A stretch of 64,000 bases of DNA from Dehalococcoidia bacterium (lineage in GTDB: Bacteria; Chloroflexota; Dehalococcoidia; Bin125): positions 273,119-337,118 of the forward strand of contig OZ251457.1 of assembly GCA_965242565.1 (NCBI GenBank), given 5' to 3'. Below, piece after piece: positions 38,941 through 48,139 of this stretch. The first letter of the stretch is position 1; each line of letters starts with the position of its first letter. The translations under genes and the position numbers were made by a program. The notes below the pieces were generated by a model. That model did not search any database and was not told where the DNA came from. It saw only the letters and a list, made by a program, of their open reading frames with translations.

Positions 38941-41040
38941 ATGCAACGCTCCACGCAACGTCCCGTGCAGCGCTCCATGCAGCACCTCGTGCAGCGTAAG
39001 GTCAGCCGCCGATCGCTCCTCGCCAAGTCGCTCTTCGCAGGCGTCGGCGCGGCCGGGCTGGCGCTGGTCGGCTGCGGCGAGGACGAGTCCGATTCGCCGC
39101 AGCGGCAGCCCTCCGCCCGCGCCGGCGACGAGCAGCCGCAGCCCGCGCAGCAGAGCGCCGTCGCCGCCACCGACCAGTCCGACCCGCAGCCGGAGCCGTC
39201 CGAAACTGAGCAACGCGCGACGGGCGCTCAGAGCGCGGCCGGCGCGTTGGCTCAGCCTCCCGTCGCCATGTTGGTCGATCCGCTGGAGTGGCGCGAGCGC
39301 TTTCACTGGCGCAAGCTGCGCGACGCGCCCGGCCGTCCCGCCCAGCCGCAGCGCGGCGGCGAGTTGGCTGTGTACGCTCTCGCGCCGTACGACGGCAACT
39401 GGAGTCCGCTACCGCAGTCCCACCACTCGGCGAAAACGAGCCTCCTGCCGCTCTTCTACAGCCAGCTGGTCGAGCTGGCCGCCGACGATCACATTCATGC
39501 GCACCGCAACACGATCGCCGGCGACCTCGCCCAGGCGTGGGAGACGCCGGACGCGCAGACGATCAGCTTCACGATCCGGCCCGATGCGGTCTGGCCCGCA
39601 CTCGAGCCGCTCGAAGCGCGCAAACTCACCGTCGAAGATGTCCGCGCCACGCACGAGGTCTACCGCACCACCCATGCCGACTTCACCCAGGGCCTGCCCC
39701 AAGGCTCGCCGTACCGGGATGTCGAGCGGATCGAACTGGATGCCGACCGCCGCAGCGTGGTCTTCCGGCTCGCCGGGCCCAACGCCGCGCTGCTCAGCCA
39801 GATGACTTCGCCATTGCAGGTCATCCTGCGCGAGGAGATCGTCTCGGATCGCGCGAGGTGGGATCTGGCGGCGACGCCGGCCGGCACCGGTCCGTTCAGG
39901 TTGACGAATTCGGACGAATTCGGCCTCGTCAGCTGGGAAGCGGAGCGCAACCCGACCTACTTCAAGCGCGACGAACGCGGCGTTCAGCTGCCCTATCTCG
40001 ACTCCCTGCACGGCCGTTCCGACGGCGCCGTCCACAGCGCGGCCGATTCCAACGAGTGGTTGCTGCTCGGCTGGGATTACGACAGCGGCCTGGACCAGCT
40101 GAGTCTTCCTACGCCGGAACTCTGGCGTCCGGCGCTCGACGCCCAACCCGGGTCGGTTACCCAGGTCTCGCCGCCGACGCCCGGCGCTGCGCCATCCCTG
40201 TACTTCAAGTCGCTTCGCGAGCCGCCCTTTGACGATGTCCGGGTGCGGACGGCGATCTCGCGCTCAATCGACCGCGAGCTGCTCGCGCATTGGGTCTACG
40301 ATGGGCTGGCTGCGCCCGACTGCGGGCAAAACTGGACGTTCGTCGCCGACCCGTCGTCGGAATGGGGCTTCCGCGAATGGCCCTGGAGCCTCGACGAACT
40401 CGGCGAGTCGTTCCTGCCAGACGCGCAGGCCGCGCGCCAGTTGCTGGCCGCCGCCGGCCACACGGCGGAGCAGCCGTTGCCGATTCGCCTTGACGCCCCG
40501 CCCGATGCGGAGGGCGCGCCGCGGTTCGCCGTCCCCGAACACGAACCCATCACTGAAGCGGTTGAGCGCAGCCTGCGCGACTCGTTGGGCGACGCGGTTG
40601 ATGTCCGGCGCGCGCCACGCGCCGTCACCAGCGAGAACCAGGGAGAAATCACCGGCTACCGCGTCGATCCCCACGCGAACGCCAACATCATGTTCTCCGC
40701 CGGTTGGCTGTTCGGCTACAACGTCGATCCGGCTGACCTGGTCACGGCGCTGACACGTTTCGGGGGCTGGAGCGACGCCGCCGGCATCGCCGACGCGGAG
40801 CTCGACGCGCTCGCGGAGGCGCAACGGCGGGAGCTGGATCCGCTGGCGCGCTCGGCGTTGCTGGAGCAAATTCGGCGGCGCGAGGCGGAAGAGGTTTGGC
40901 GGCTGCACCTCGTCAATCCCTACGGCCTGAGCGTGCGGCGGGAGTACGTCTTCGACAAGGTCGATACGTATTTCGGCAAGTTGATCGAGCAGCGCCCGCG
41001 CCAGCTCGAGCGCGTCTGGCGCGCGGACGCCCCGGCGTAG
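38941..41040 (+). CDS. Peptide/nickel-type ABC substrate-binding lipoprotein (family 5), Tat signal
   Basis: VSRRSLL, lipobox LVGC, GDLAQAWE, GTGPF, PPFDDVRVRTAISRSIDRE. Confidence 0.88.
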   Translation: MQRSTQRPVQRSMQHLVQRKVSRRSLLAKSLFAGVGAAGLALVGCGEDESDSPQRQPSARAGDEQPQPAQQSAVAATDQSDPQPEPSETEQRATGAQSAAGALAQPPVAMLVDPLEWRERFHWRKLRDAPGRPAQPQRGGELAVYALAPYDGNWSPLPQSHHSAKTSLLPLFYSQLVELAADDHIHAHRNTIAGDLAQAWETPDAQTISFTIRPDAVWPALEPLEARKLTVEDVRATHEVYRTTHADFTQGLPQGSPYRDVERIELDADRRSVVFRLAGPNAALLSQMTSPLQVILREEIVSDRARWDLAATPAGTGPFRLTNSDEFGLVSWEAERNPTYFKRDERGVQLPYLDSLHGRSDGAVHSAADSNEWLLLGWDYDSGLDQLSLPTPELWRPALDAQPGSVTQVSPPTPGAAPSLYFKSLREPPFDDVRVRTAISRSIDRELLAHWVYDGLAAPDCGQNWTFVADPSSEWGFREWPWSLDELGESFLPDAQAARQLLAAAGHTAEQPLPIRLDAPPDAEGAPRFAVPEHEPITEAVERSLRDSLGDAVDVRRAPRAVTSENQGEITGYRVDPHANANIMFSAGWLFGYNVDPADLVTALTRFGGWSDAAGIADAELDALAEAQRRELDPLARSALLEQIRRREAEEVWRLHLVNPYGLSVRREYVFDKVDTYFGKLIEQRPRQLERVWRADAPA

Positions 41041-41053
41041 CCGCGCCGCCGCG

Positions 41054-41515
41054 CTACTCGACCTCGACGATCATCTCGATCTCGACCGCCATCCCGGCCG
41101 GCAGCGCCTGCATACCGACCGCCGAGCGCGCGTGGCGGCCGGCCTCGCCGAAGATCTCGACCAGCAGGTCCGACGCGCCGTTGGCGACGGCCGGGTGATC
41201 ACCGAAATCGGGCGTGCAGTTGACCATGCAGAGCAGCTTGGCGATCCGCGAGACGCCGTCGAGCGTGCCGAGCTCGGCGCGCAGCGAGGCGAGCAGCTGC
41301 ACCACGACGGCGCGCGCGGCCTCGCGGCCCGCGTCCACATCCAGATCCGCGCCCAGCTTGCCGCGAATCAGCTTGCCCTCGTGAAAGGGTCCGTGCCCCG
41401 AAAGGAAAACGAGGTTGCCGGTGCGCACGGCCGGCACATAGTTGGCCATCGGTGGGTTGGCGCTCAGGTCCAGTCCGAGTTCCGCGACTTTCGCCTCTGC
41501 ATTGTGATTGGGCAT
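41054..41515 (-). CDS. RidA / YjgF-like family protein
   Basis: ANYVP..GNLVFLSGHG, NGASDLL..FGEAGRHARSAVG. Confidence 0.92.
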   Translation of the reverse strand: MPNHNAEAKVAELGLDLSANPPMANYVPAVRTGNLVFLSGHGPFHEGKLIRGKLGADLDVDAGREAARAVVVQLLASLRAELGTLDGVSRIAKLLCMVNCTPDFGDHPAVANGASDLLVEIFGEAGRHARSAVGMQALPAGMAVEIEMIVEVE

Positions 41516-41614
41516 CGTTTGGTCTCCGCTGGTTGGGGATGGAGGGTGTTGGCGCATCGTAGCTGTCGGAGCTTCCGGGGGCGGCGGACCCCAGTCGCTG
41601 CGCGACTCATCTTC

Positions 41615-41745
41615 CGATTCCGTCATACCCGCGCCCTCCTCCGTCATACCCGCGCTCCGCCGCGGCAATCTCGCCGAGTGCTGTACCGACGTCTGTGCCC
41701 AGCTCGGCGAGATACCCGCGGCAAGCGCGGGTATGACGGAAGAGG
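41615..41745. repeat. Inverted pair of family A palindromes (REPIN-like doublet)
   Basis: Forward A with a half-site at 41621-41672 and reverse A at about 41708-41738; inner arms ctcgccgag / ctcggcgag. Confidence 0.85.
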
Positions 41746-41767
41746 GTGCGGCGGGTGGCAGAGGGGG

Positions 41768-42157
41768 CTAGCGGCTGGGGTAGGCGCGGAGTTCGATTTC
41801 GTTGCCGTCGGGATCGCGGATGTAGAGGCCGTCGGCCAGCCCGCGCGCGCCGTAGAGGGCGAAATCGGGGTCCCGCGCGATCTCGAACCCGCCCGATGCG
41901 CGGACGTACTCCAGGTCCCCGGCGGAGACGACCAGGCAGAAGTGGTCGAGGTTGCGCCCGGCGGGCTCGCCGCCGCCTCGCTCGATCAGATCGATGATCG
42001 TGTCGGCCGAGACGCGGACGGAGGGGAATGGCGCGTCGCCGGCGCGCCATTCGTCGGCGCGGACCGGCTCCAGGCCGAGCGCGCCGCAATACCAGGCCAG
42101 CGAACGCTCGACGTCGGCGACGGCCAGCACGATGTGATCGAGGGCTTGGACGCGCAC
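41768..42157 (-). CDS. VOC / glyoxalase family protein
   Basis: LDHIVL.V.DVERSLAWY, NLDHFCL, YIRDPDGNEIEL. Confidence 0.9.
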   Translation of the reverse strand: MRVQALDHIVLAVADVERSLAWYCGALGLEPVRADEWRAGDAPFPSVRVSADTIIDLIERGGGEPAGRNLDHFCLVVSAGDLEYVRASGGFEIARDPDFALYGARGLADGLYIRDPDGNEIELRAYPSR

Positions 42158-42252
42158 GGTCCACCCCCTTTCCCCGTTAGACACACTACGCCGTTTCTGA
42201 GACGGCGGTCGTTTCTAGAGTAGAAGCGCGTTGCCGCCGGCGGGAGGCGTTG

Positions 42253-42564
42253 ATGGCTGAGGTTGAGGTGCTGTTCGCGCGCTCGCTGCAATCGCAGGCG
42301 CGACTGCCGGCTTCGTGCGGGACGCAGGCCGCGACGGCGAATGAGGCAGTGCATGCGCTCGCGCAGCGCTACCCCCAGCTGCGGCGCTTCGTGCTCGACG
42401 ACCAGCTGCGGCTGCGCCGGCACGTGAACATCTTCATCAACGACGCGCTGATCCGCGACCGCGTGAAGCTGTCCGATCGGCTCAGCGACGGCGACCGGCT
42501 GCACATTTTGGCCGCCGTCTCCGGCGGCGCAGGCAAACCTCATGAGGAGGCTGGAGATGAGTGA
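42253..42564 (+). CDS. MoaD/ThiS ubiquitin-like protein with an extension after GG
   Basis: LRRHVNIFIN, DGDRLHILAAVSGG followed by AGKPHEEAGDE. Confidence 0.85.
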   Translation: MAEVEVLFARSLQSQARLPASCGTQAATANEAVHALAQRYPQLRRFVLDDQLRLRRHVNIFINDALIRDRVKLSDRLSDGDRLHILAAVSGGAGKPHEEAGDE

Positions 42565-43669
42565 AACAGGACTGCTGGTCAGCACCCGCAAGGGGCTGCT
42601 GGTCGGGCGCAGCAGCGGCGGGCGCTCGCAATGGGACTGGTCGCCGCTGGCCTTCGCGGGCTGGCTCTGCGACTACGCGACGCACGATCCGCGCGACGGT
42701 TCGCTCTGGGCGAGCGTCAGCCACGAGATGTGGGGGCCGCGCATTCACCGCTCGACCGACTGCGGCGAAACCTGGCAGGAGATGGCCACGCCGACGTTCG
42801 CCGAGGGCGAGAAGATCGAGGCCGACGGCGGCGGCGACACGGTGCGCACGATCTGGACGATCCAGCCCGGCGCGCGCGAGGGGGAGCTCTACGCGGGCGT
42901 GGATCCGGGCGCGCTGTTCATCAGCCGCGACGGCGGGGCGTCGTGGCAGCTGAGCGAAAGCCTGGCCCAGCACCCGACGCTCGGCACCTGGATGGCGGGC
43001 GCTGCGGGGCTATCGATCCACAGCATCAGCATCGATCCGCGTGACCCGGACCGCATCCTGCTGGCCGGCTCGGCCACGGGCTGCTACCTCTCGCGCGACG
43101 GCGGCGAAACCTGGACGCCGCGCAACCTCGGTCTGCGCGCCCTGCACCTGCCGCCCGAGATGATGGATGCGTTCTCCGAAGAGGCGGCCGGCCACTGCAT
43201 TCACTCGATGCACGCCCACCCGTTGCGCCCCGACCGCATCTGGCAGCAGAATCACTGGGGCCAGTACCGCTCCGACGACGGCGGCGAAACCTGGATCGAC
43301 ATCGGCGAGGGGCTGCCCGGCGAGTTCGGCTTCGCCACGGCAATCGACCCGCGCGACCCGGATACCGCTTGGTACGTGCCGCTCGATCAGGACCAGGCGC
43401 GGATGCCGCGCGGCGGCCAGCTGACGGTCTTCCGCACGCGCGACGCCGGCGCCAGCTGGGAACCGCTGCGCGAGGGACTGCCGACCGGCGCGTTCCACCA
43501 GACGATCTACCGCCAGGCGCTGGGCGTGGACCAGGGCGATCCGGTGGGCCTCTACATGGGCACCAGCGGCGGCGAGCTGCTGGCCGGCGCAGACGCCGGC
43601 GAGCGCTGGACGACGCTGCGACGGCACCTCGCTGCTATCACAGCCGTCCGCGCCTGGACCATCACCTGA
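42557..43669 (+). CDS. BNR/Asp-box beta-propeller protein (sialidase-like fold)
   Basis: Multiple S.DGG.TW Asp-box motifs; overlaps the MoaD-like gene. Confidence 0.9.
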   Translation: MSETGLLVSTRKGLLVGRSSGGRSQWDWSPLAFAGWLCDYATHDPRDGSLWASVSHEMWGPRIHRSTDCGETWQEMATPTFAEGEKIEADGGGDTVRTIWTIQPGAREGELYAGVDPGALFISRDGGASWQLSESLAQHPTLGTWMAGAAGLSIHSISIDPRDPDRILLAGSATGCYLSRDGGETWTPRNLGLRALHLPPEMMDAFSEEAAGHCIHSMHAHPLRPDRIWQQNHWGQYRSDDGGETWIDIGEGLPGEFGFATAIDPRDPDTAWYVPLDQDQARMPRGGQLTVFRTRDAGASWEPLREGLPTGAFHQTIYRQALGVDQGDPVGLYMGTSGGELLAGADAGERWTTLRRHLAAITAVRAWTIT

Positions 43670-43960
43670 GGCCGCCTCAAACCATCCCCGTTCCCCGAAT
43701 CGTCCCCCTCCGAATCGCCCCCCTATGCAGGGGGGCTGTCCGCGTAAGCGGACTGGGGGTCGGCCGCCCCCCAACCCACGAGACACCCGCCGCTAGCAGC
43801 GCAAGCACGCAGAGGGCGCATTGGTAATCCGTCAAAGACCACATCCATCCGCCCTTCCTGTCATTCCTACGTAGGGGGCGATTCGGAAAACAGCCCTCTA
43901 CCCATGCAACACCCGATCTGAATTGCAGATTTAGGGGCTGCGAGGGGTAAGATTCGGCGG

Positions 43961-44947
43961 ATGTCAAGACAGGAGACGCCGCAGTCCGACGGCTCGCAGC
44001 CGGGCGTCTGGGTGGAACCGTCGCTTCAGGCGGATCTGCTGTCGTGGGGGCTGGCGGCGCTGTGGGGCGGCAGCCCGGCGGCGGTCAAGCTCAGCCTGGA
44101 ACACATGCATCCGCTGCGGCTGGCGATGCTGCGGCTGCTCGTCGCCGCGGCCACGACGTTCATCGCCGCTCTGCTGCTGCGCGTGCAACTCCGACCGACG
44201 CGCCGCGAAGCGCCGTTTCTCGCCGCGCTGGGGCTGCTGCTCGCGGGGCACATCGCGGCCAGCTACTACGGCCACCATCACACCAGCGTCAGCCACGCCT
44301 CCGTGCTATTGGGCGCCAACCCGATCTTCGCCATGCTGCTGGCCCACTTCTTCATTCCCGGCGACCCGCTGACCGGGCGCAGCGTGCTCGGCATGGCGAT
44401 CGTCTACGCGGGGCTGATCGTCCTCTTCTCCCAGCACTTCGGCGGCGAAGGAGAGACGCTGACCGGCGACCTGCTGATGATCGGGGCCTCGGCCTCGATC
44501 GCGATCCGCCAGGTCTCGGTCGCGCGGCTGACGCAGTGGATCCATCCGATCAAAGTCGTCTTCTGGGAGACGTTCATCGCCCTGCCGTTCTTCGTGATCG
44601 CCGTGCTGGTGGTGGAGACGGATCACTGGACCTGGCACTGGGAGCTGCTGATCGCGCTGATCTATCAGGGCTTCCTGATGTTCGGCCTGGGGCTGATCCT
44701 CAACACGCAGCTGCTCCAGCGCTACCTGCCGTCGCGCATTCTGGCGACGCAGATGATGATCCCGATCTTCGGCATACTGTTCGGCTGGGCGCTGTTCGGC
44801 GACGCGGTGGGCTGGGAGCTCTGGGCGGCGATCGTGCTGACCACGCTGGGCGCAATCGTCTCGCCGCGCCGCCCGTTCTCAGTGCCGACGAATCTCCCGG
44901 CCATTCGCCGGCGCGGCGATGGCAATGACAGCGGTGGGGGCGGATAG
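43961..44947 (+). CDS. DMT/EamA family transporter
   Basis: About 10 TM segments, LWGG, two EamA halves. Confidence 0.88.
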   Translation: MSRQETPQSDGSQPGVWVEPSLQADLLSWGLAALWGGSPAAVKLSLEHMHPLRLAMLRLLVAAATTFIAALLLRVQLRPTRREAPFLAALGLLLAGHIAASYYGHHHTSVSHASVLLGANPIFAMLLAHFFIPGDPLTGRSVLGMAIVYAGLIVLFSQHFGGEGETLTGDLLMIGASASIAIRQVSVARLTQWIHPIKVVFWETFIALPFFVIAVLVVETDHWTWHWELLIALIYQGFLMFGLGLILNTQLLQRYLPSRILATQMMIPIFGILFGWALFGDAVGWELWAAIVLTTLGAIVSPRRPFSVPTNLPAIRRRGDGNDSGGGG

Positions 44948-44953
44948 CCTGCG

Positions 44954-45886
44954 GTGGTGCCACCCGAGCCGCCGCAGCCCAGCACGCCGCCGGCCGATCC
45001 GCGCCGCCCGCTGACGCTGCGCGCCGGCGCGTTCGCGCTGCTGCTAGCGATGCTCTGGGGCGGTAACCCCGTCGCGATTAAGGCTGGGCTGGACCACGCC
45101 GGGCCGCTGCGGCTGGGCGCGCTGCGGATGTTCCTCGGCGGCTTGGCGGTGCTGGTTTTTGCGCTGTTCGCCGGCGTTTCGCTGCGCCCGCAGCGCTCGG
45201 AGTGGACGCCGCTGGCCGGCCTGGCCGTGCTCTTCACCGCGCAGACCGCGCTGATGTATTTCGGCGGCGACCACACCAGCGCGGGGCACGCAGCCGTGCT
45301 GATCTCCACCTTCCCGCTCTGGGCGGCGCTCTGCGCCCACTTCGTCGTGCCGGGCGACCGGATGACGGCGGGGCGGACCGTCGGGACGCTGATCGCCTAT
45401 TCGGGCGTGGTCGTCGTCTTCTCCGGCGATCTGGCCGGCGGCGAGGGTTTGACCGGCGACCTGATGATGCTGTCCTCCGCGCTGCTGCTCGGCGTGCGCC
45501 AGATTTACCTCTCGCAGAGCTCGCAGGCGATCCCCGTCTCGCGGCTGCTGATGACCCAGGCCGTCTCCGCCGTGATCGTCTTCCTGCCGCTCAGCTTCTG
45601 GCTGGAGTCCGAGCCTTGGACCTATTCGGCGGGCTTTATCGGCGCGCTGCTCTACCAGGGGCTGGTGATCGCCGGCTTCGGCTTCCTCGGCAACACCTGG
45701 CTGCTCCAACACTTCCTGCCCTCGCGCGTCACCGCCACCCAGCTCACGACGCCGGTCTTCGGCGTGATTCTCAGCTGGCTGGTGCTGGGCGAGTCGGTCG
45801 GCCCTGAGCTGGCGGTCGGCGTCGCGCTGCTCACCTTCGGCTCGGCCCTGGCGCAGCGCCGGCCGCAGACGAAGACGGACGGCTGA
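44954..45886 (+). CDS. DMT/EamA family transporter (tandem paralog)
   Basis: LWGGNPVAIK, HF.VPGD, LTGDL motifs shared with the previous gene. Confidence 0.88.
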   Translation: MVPPEPPQPSTPPADPRRPLTLRAGAFALLLAMLWGGNPVAIKAGLDHAGPLRLGALRMFLGGLAVLVFALFAGVSLRPQRSEWTPLAGLAVLFTAQTALMYFGGDHTSAGHAAVLISTFPLWAALCAHFVVPGDRMTAGRTVGTLIAYSGVVVVFSGDLAGGEGLTGDLMMLSSALLLGVRQIYLSQSSQAIPVSRLLMTQAVSAVIVFLPLSFWLESEPWTYSAGFIGALLYQGLVIAGFGFLGNTWLLQHFLPSRVTATQLTTPVFGVILSWLVLGESVGPELAVGVALLTFGSALAQRRPQTKTDG

Positions 45887-45891
45887 GGTGG

Positions 45892-46737
45892 CTACCAGTC
45901 GTCCAGACCGAGCAGCCGGCGTCCCAACGGCGTCAGCTCGGCCGGCGGCGACTGCTGCTCGCGGCGGCGCGGATCGCCCGGGAAGGCGCGCGGATTCTGG
46001 AACGCGGGGTGCATCCGCTCGCGCCAGGACGCGACACGCTGCTCCCGCAGCTCCGCGTTCTGCGGCTGCGCGGGCGCCATTCGCACGTACTGCGCGAGGC
46101 GCGGCTTGTCGGAGCGGTTGCGGCTGTTGCCGTGCGGCAGCGCCGAGTGCCAGATGATGAAGTCCCCGGCCTCCGCCGCGATCTCCCGCGGCGCGCTGAT
46201 CGCGTCGTGGCGCAGATCCAGCCGCTGGTCGCGGATCTCCTCGTCGGGCCGCCCCTGCGCCCACTCCGAGACCCAGCGATGCACCCCCGGCACGCACTGA
46301 AAACCGCCTTCGCCCTCGGCGGTGTCGACGAGGTAGAGCACGCCCTGCACCTCGTAGGGCAGCGGCGTCCGGCGCACATCAATGTCCCAGTGGATCATGC
46401 CCGGGTGGTCGTATTCGGGCGCGTCGGAGTTGGGCGGCGGCTTGAGGTTGGCGCGATCGAGGAAGACCCAAAGGTCCTCGCGGTCGAAGAGATCGACGAA
46501 CAGCTCGTAGACGCGCGGGTTCTGGCGCACATTCCAGAGCGCCTGGTGGTGGTACATCTCCACCATCCCGTTGGGGCGGTGCGGCTCGCGGTACCAGCCC
46601 GACGGATCGTCGCGGTCGAAATCCAGGAAACCCCAGATCGCGTCCACCACAGCCTCAACCTGCTCGCGCGGAATCAGCTGCGGCACGACAAGGTAGCCGT
46701 GCTCGTCGAAGAAGCGGCGTTGTTCGTCGGTCAGCAT
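45892..46737 (-). CDS. Phytanoyl-CoA dioxygenase family protein
   Basis: FFDEHGYLVV, IHWD, AGDFIIWHSALPHG. Confidence 0.9.
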   Translation of the reverse strand: MLTDEQRRFFDEHGYLVVPQLIPREQVEAVVDAIWGFLDFDRDDPSGWYREPHRPNGMVEMYHHQALWNVRQNPRVYELFVDLFDREDLWVFLDRANLKPPPNSDAPEYDHPGMIHWDIDVRRTPLPYEVQGVLYLVDTAEGEGGFQCVPGVHRWVSEWAQGRPDEEIRDQRLDLRHDAISAPREIAAEAGDFIIWHSALPHGNSRNRSDKPRLAQYVRMAPAQPQNAELREQRVASWRERMHPAFQNPRAFPGDPRRREQQSPPAELTPLGRRLLGLDDW

Positions 46738-46760
46738 GGGGCAACCTCAGTCTGCGATCG

Positions 46761-47354
46761 TCAGTCCGGGAACGGCGCGTCGACGCCGGGCGGCATATCG
46801 ACGTCGAAGGTGTTCAGCGCGATCGAGACGAGCGCGTAGTAGCCCATCACCGAGGCGACCTCAAAGACGCCCCGCTCGCCCACCAGCTCCTTGAGCGCCG
46901 AATAGCGCGCATCGGAGACACGCTTCGTCTCAATCAGCTCGCGCCCGAAGGCGTAGACGGTCTCGTGGCGCGGATCGTCGAACTGCGGGGTTTCGCCCTC
47001 GCGGATCGCGTCGATCGCGGCCTGCGGCACGCCCGCCGCCGCGCCCAGCCGGGCGTGCGCCCAGAACTCGAAGTTGGCGCGCCACTCGCCGCCGACGGTG
47101 AGGATCGCGACCTCCAGCAGGTCGGATGGCAGCGATGTCCCGTAGCGCAGGGCCGCCCCCAGCTGTTGCGCCGCGTCGCCGATCTCGGGCGACTGAAAGA
47201 GCGCGTTGAATGGCCCGATCAGCGCCCCGTCCTTCCCCGCCAGCCCGCCGTGGGGACGGTCGGGGTTGGCGCGCGGCCCGCTGGTGATGTTCTCCCAGAG
47301 AGCGCGTTGTTCATCGGTGAGGTCGTCGAATGTGACGGGTGCGAGGCGTCCCAT
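46761..47354 (-). CDS. Carboxymuconolactone decarboxylase family protein
   Basis: LIGPFNA, EVAIL, FEFWAH, MGYY. Confidence 0.88.
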   Translation of the reverse strand: MGRLAPVTFDDLTDEQRALWENITSGPRANPDRPHGGLAGKDGALIGPFNALFQSPEIGDAAQQLGAALRYGTSLPSDLLEVAILTVGGEWRANFEFWAHARLGAAAGVPQAAIDAIREGETPQFDDPRHETVYAFGRELIETKRVSDARYSALKELVGERGVFEVASVMGYYALVSIALNTFDVDMPPGVDAPFPD

Positions 47355-47411
47355 GTGGTGCTCCGTTCGGTTGGGTGTTCATGGTACGGGGGTTTTGGGA
47401 GGGCTGGTAAG

Positions 47412-47620
47412 GGTTGTTCGGGGCTGGTCGGTTTTGGTCGGGGTGTTCGGGGCTGTGCCTTATCTGGTCGGGGCGATTCTGCGTGTTCGGGGTTGTTCGG
47501 GGTTGTTCGGGGCTGGTCGGTTTTGGTCGGGGTGTTCGGGGCTGTGCTTTATCTGGTCGGGGTGATTCTGCGTGTTCGGGGTTGTTCAGGTTTGTTCGAG
47601 TTTGGTCAGGGTGTTCGGGG
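47412..47620. repeat. 89-bp direct repeat (two copies) built from approximately 10-bp units
   Basis: Units start at 47412 and 47501 (ggttgttcggggctggtcggttttggtcggggtgttcgg...). Confidence 0.85.
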
Positions 47621-47739
47621 GGCTGCTGTAGTGAGGTGGGTGGCGGTGGGCATCGGTAGGTCCGTTGTTCTGTTGTGGAGGGGTGACGGTATCACGGCGC
47701 GGCGTGATGGGACGAGATGGGGCATCGAGGCGGCTCGAG

Positions 47740-48110
47740 GGTGATTCCCGCTCGGGGGCGGGAATGACGGGAAACGGGGGCGGAATGGAGGGAGTGGAGG
47801 ACGGAATGGGGCGCGATGTGACGTTGGAGGCGGCTTGGGGGCGGTTCCCGCTCGGGGCGGGAATGACGGGAAACGGGGGCGGAATGACGGGAAACGGGGG
47901 CGGAATGACGGGAAGCGAGGGGCGGGAATGACGGAATTTTAGGGCGGGCACTGGCGCCGCCCTCGGCGAGATACCCCCGTTCTAGCCGGGGGCAGGCCCC
48001 GTGGCAAGCGCGGGTATGACGGAGAAGTGGTGGCGGGTGATGACGGAGAAGTGAGGGCGGGTGATGACGGAGAAGTGAGGGCGGATATGACGGAGGGGGA
48101 GTGGGGGTGG
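47740..48110 (-). repeat. Reverse-oriented palindrome cluster (C twice, A with insert) with half-site arrays
   Basis: ttcccgctcggg(g)gcgggaatgacgg at about 47742 and 47843; cgagatacccccgttctagccgggggcagg..gcgggtatgacgg at about 47967-48022; tandem atgacgg units follow each. Confidence 0.9.
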
Positions 48111-48139
48111 TGGGGCGACTGTGGTGGGGAAGCGGGGGG

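Noticed and set aside
43690-43905. Possible ncRNA or GTAG-type REP doublet
   Set aside because: Only a degenerate gtagggggcgattcgga / tccgaatcgccccc inverted match was found, single in the window; too weak to call.
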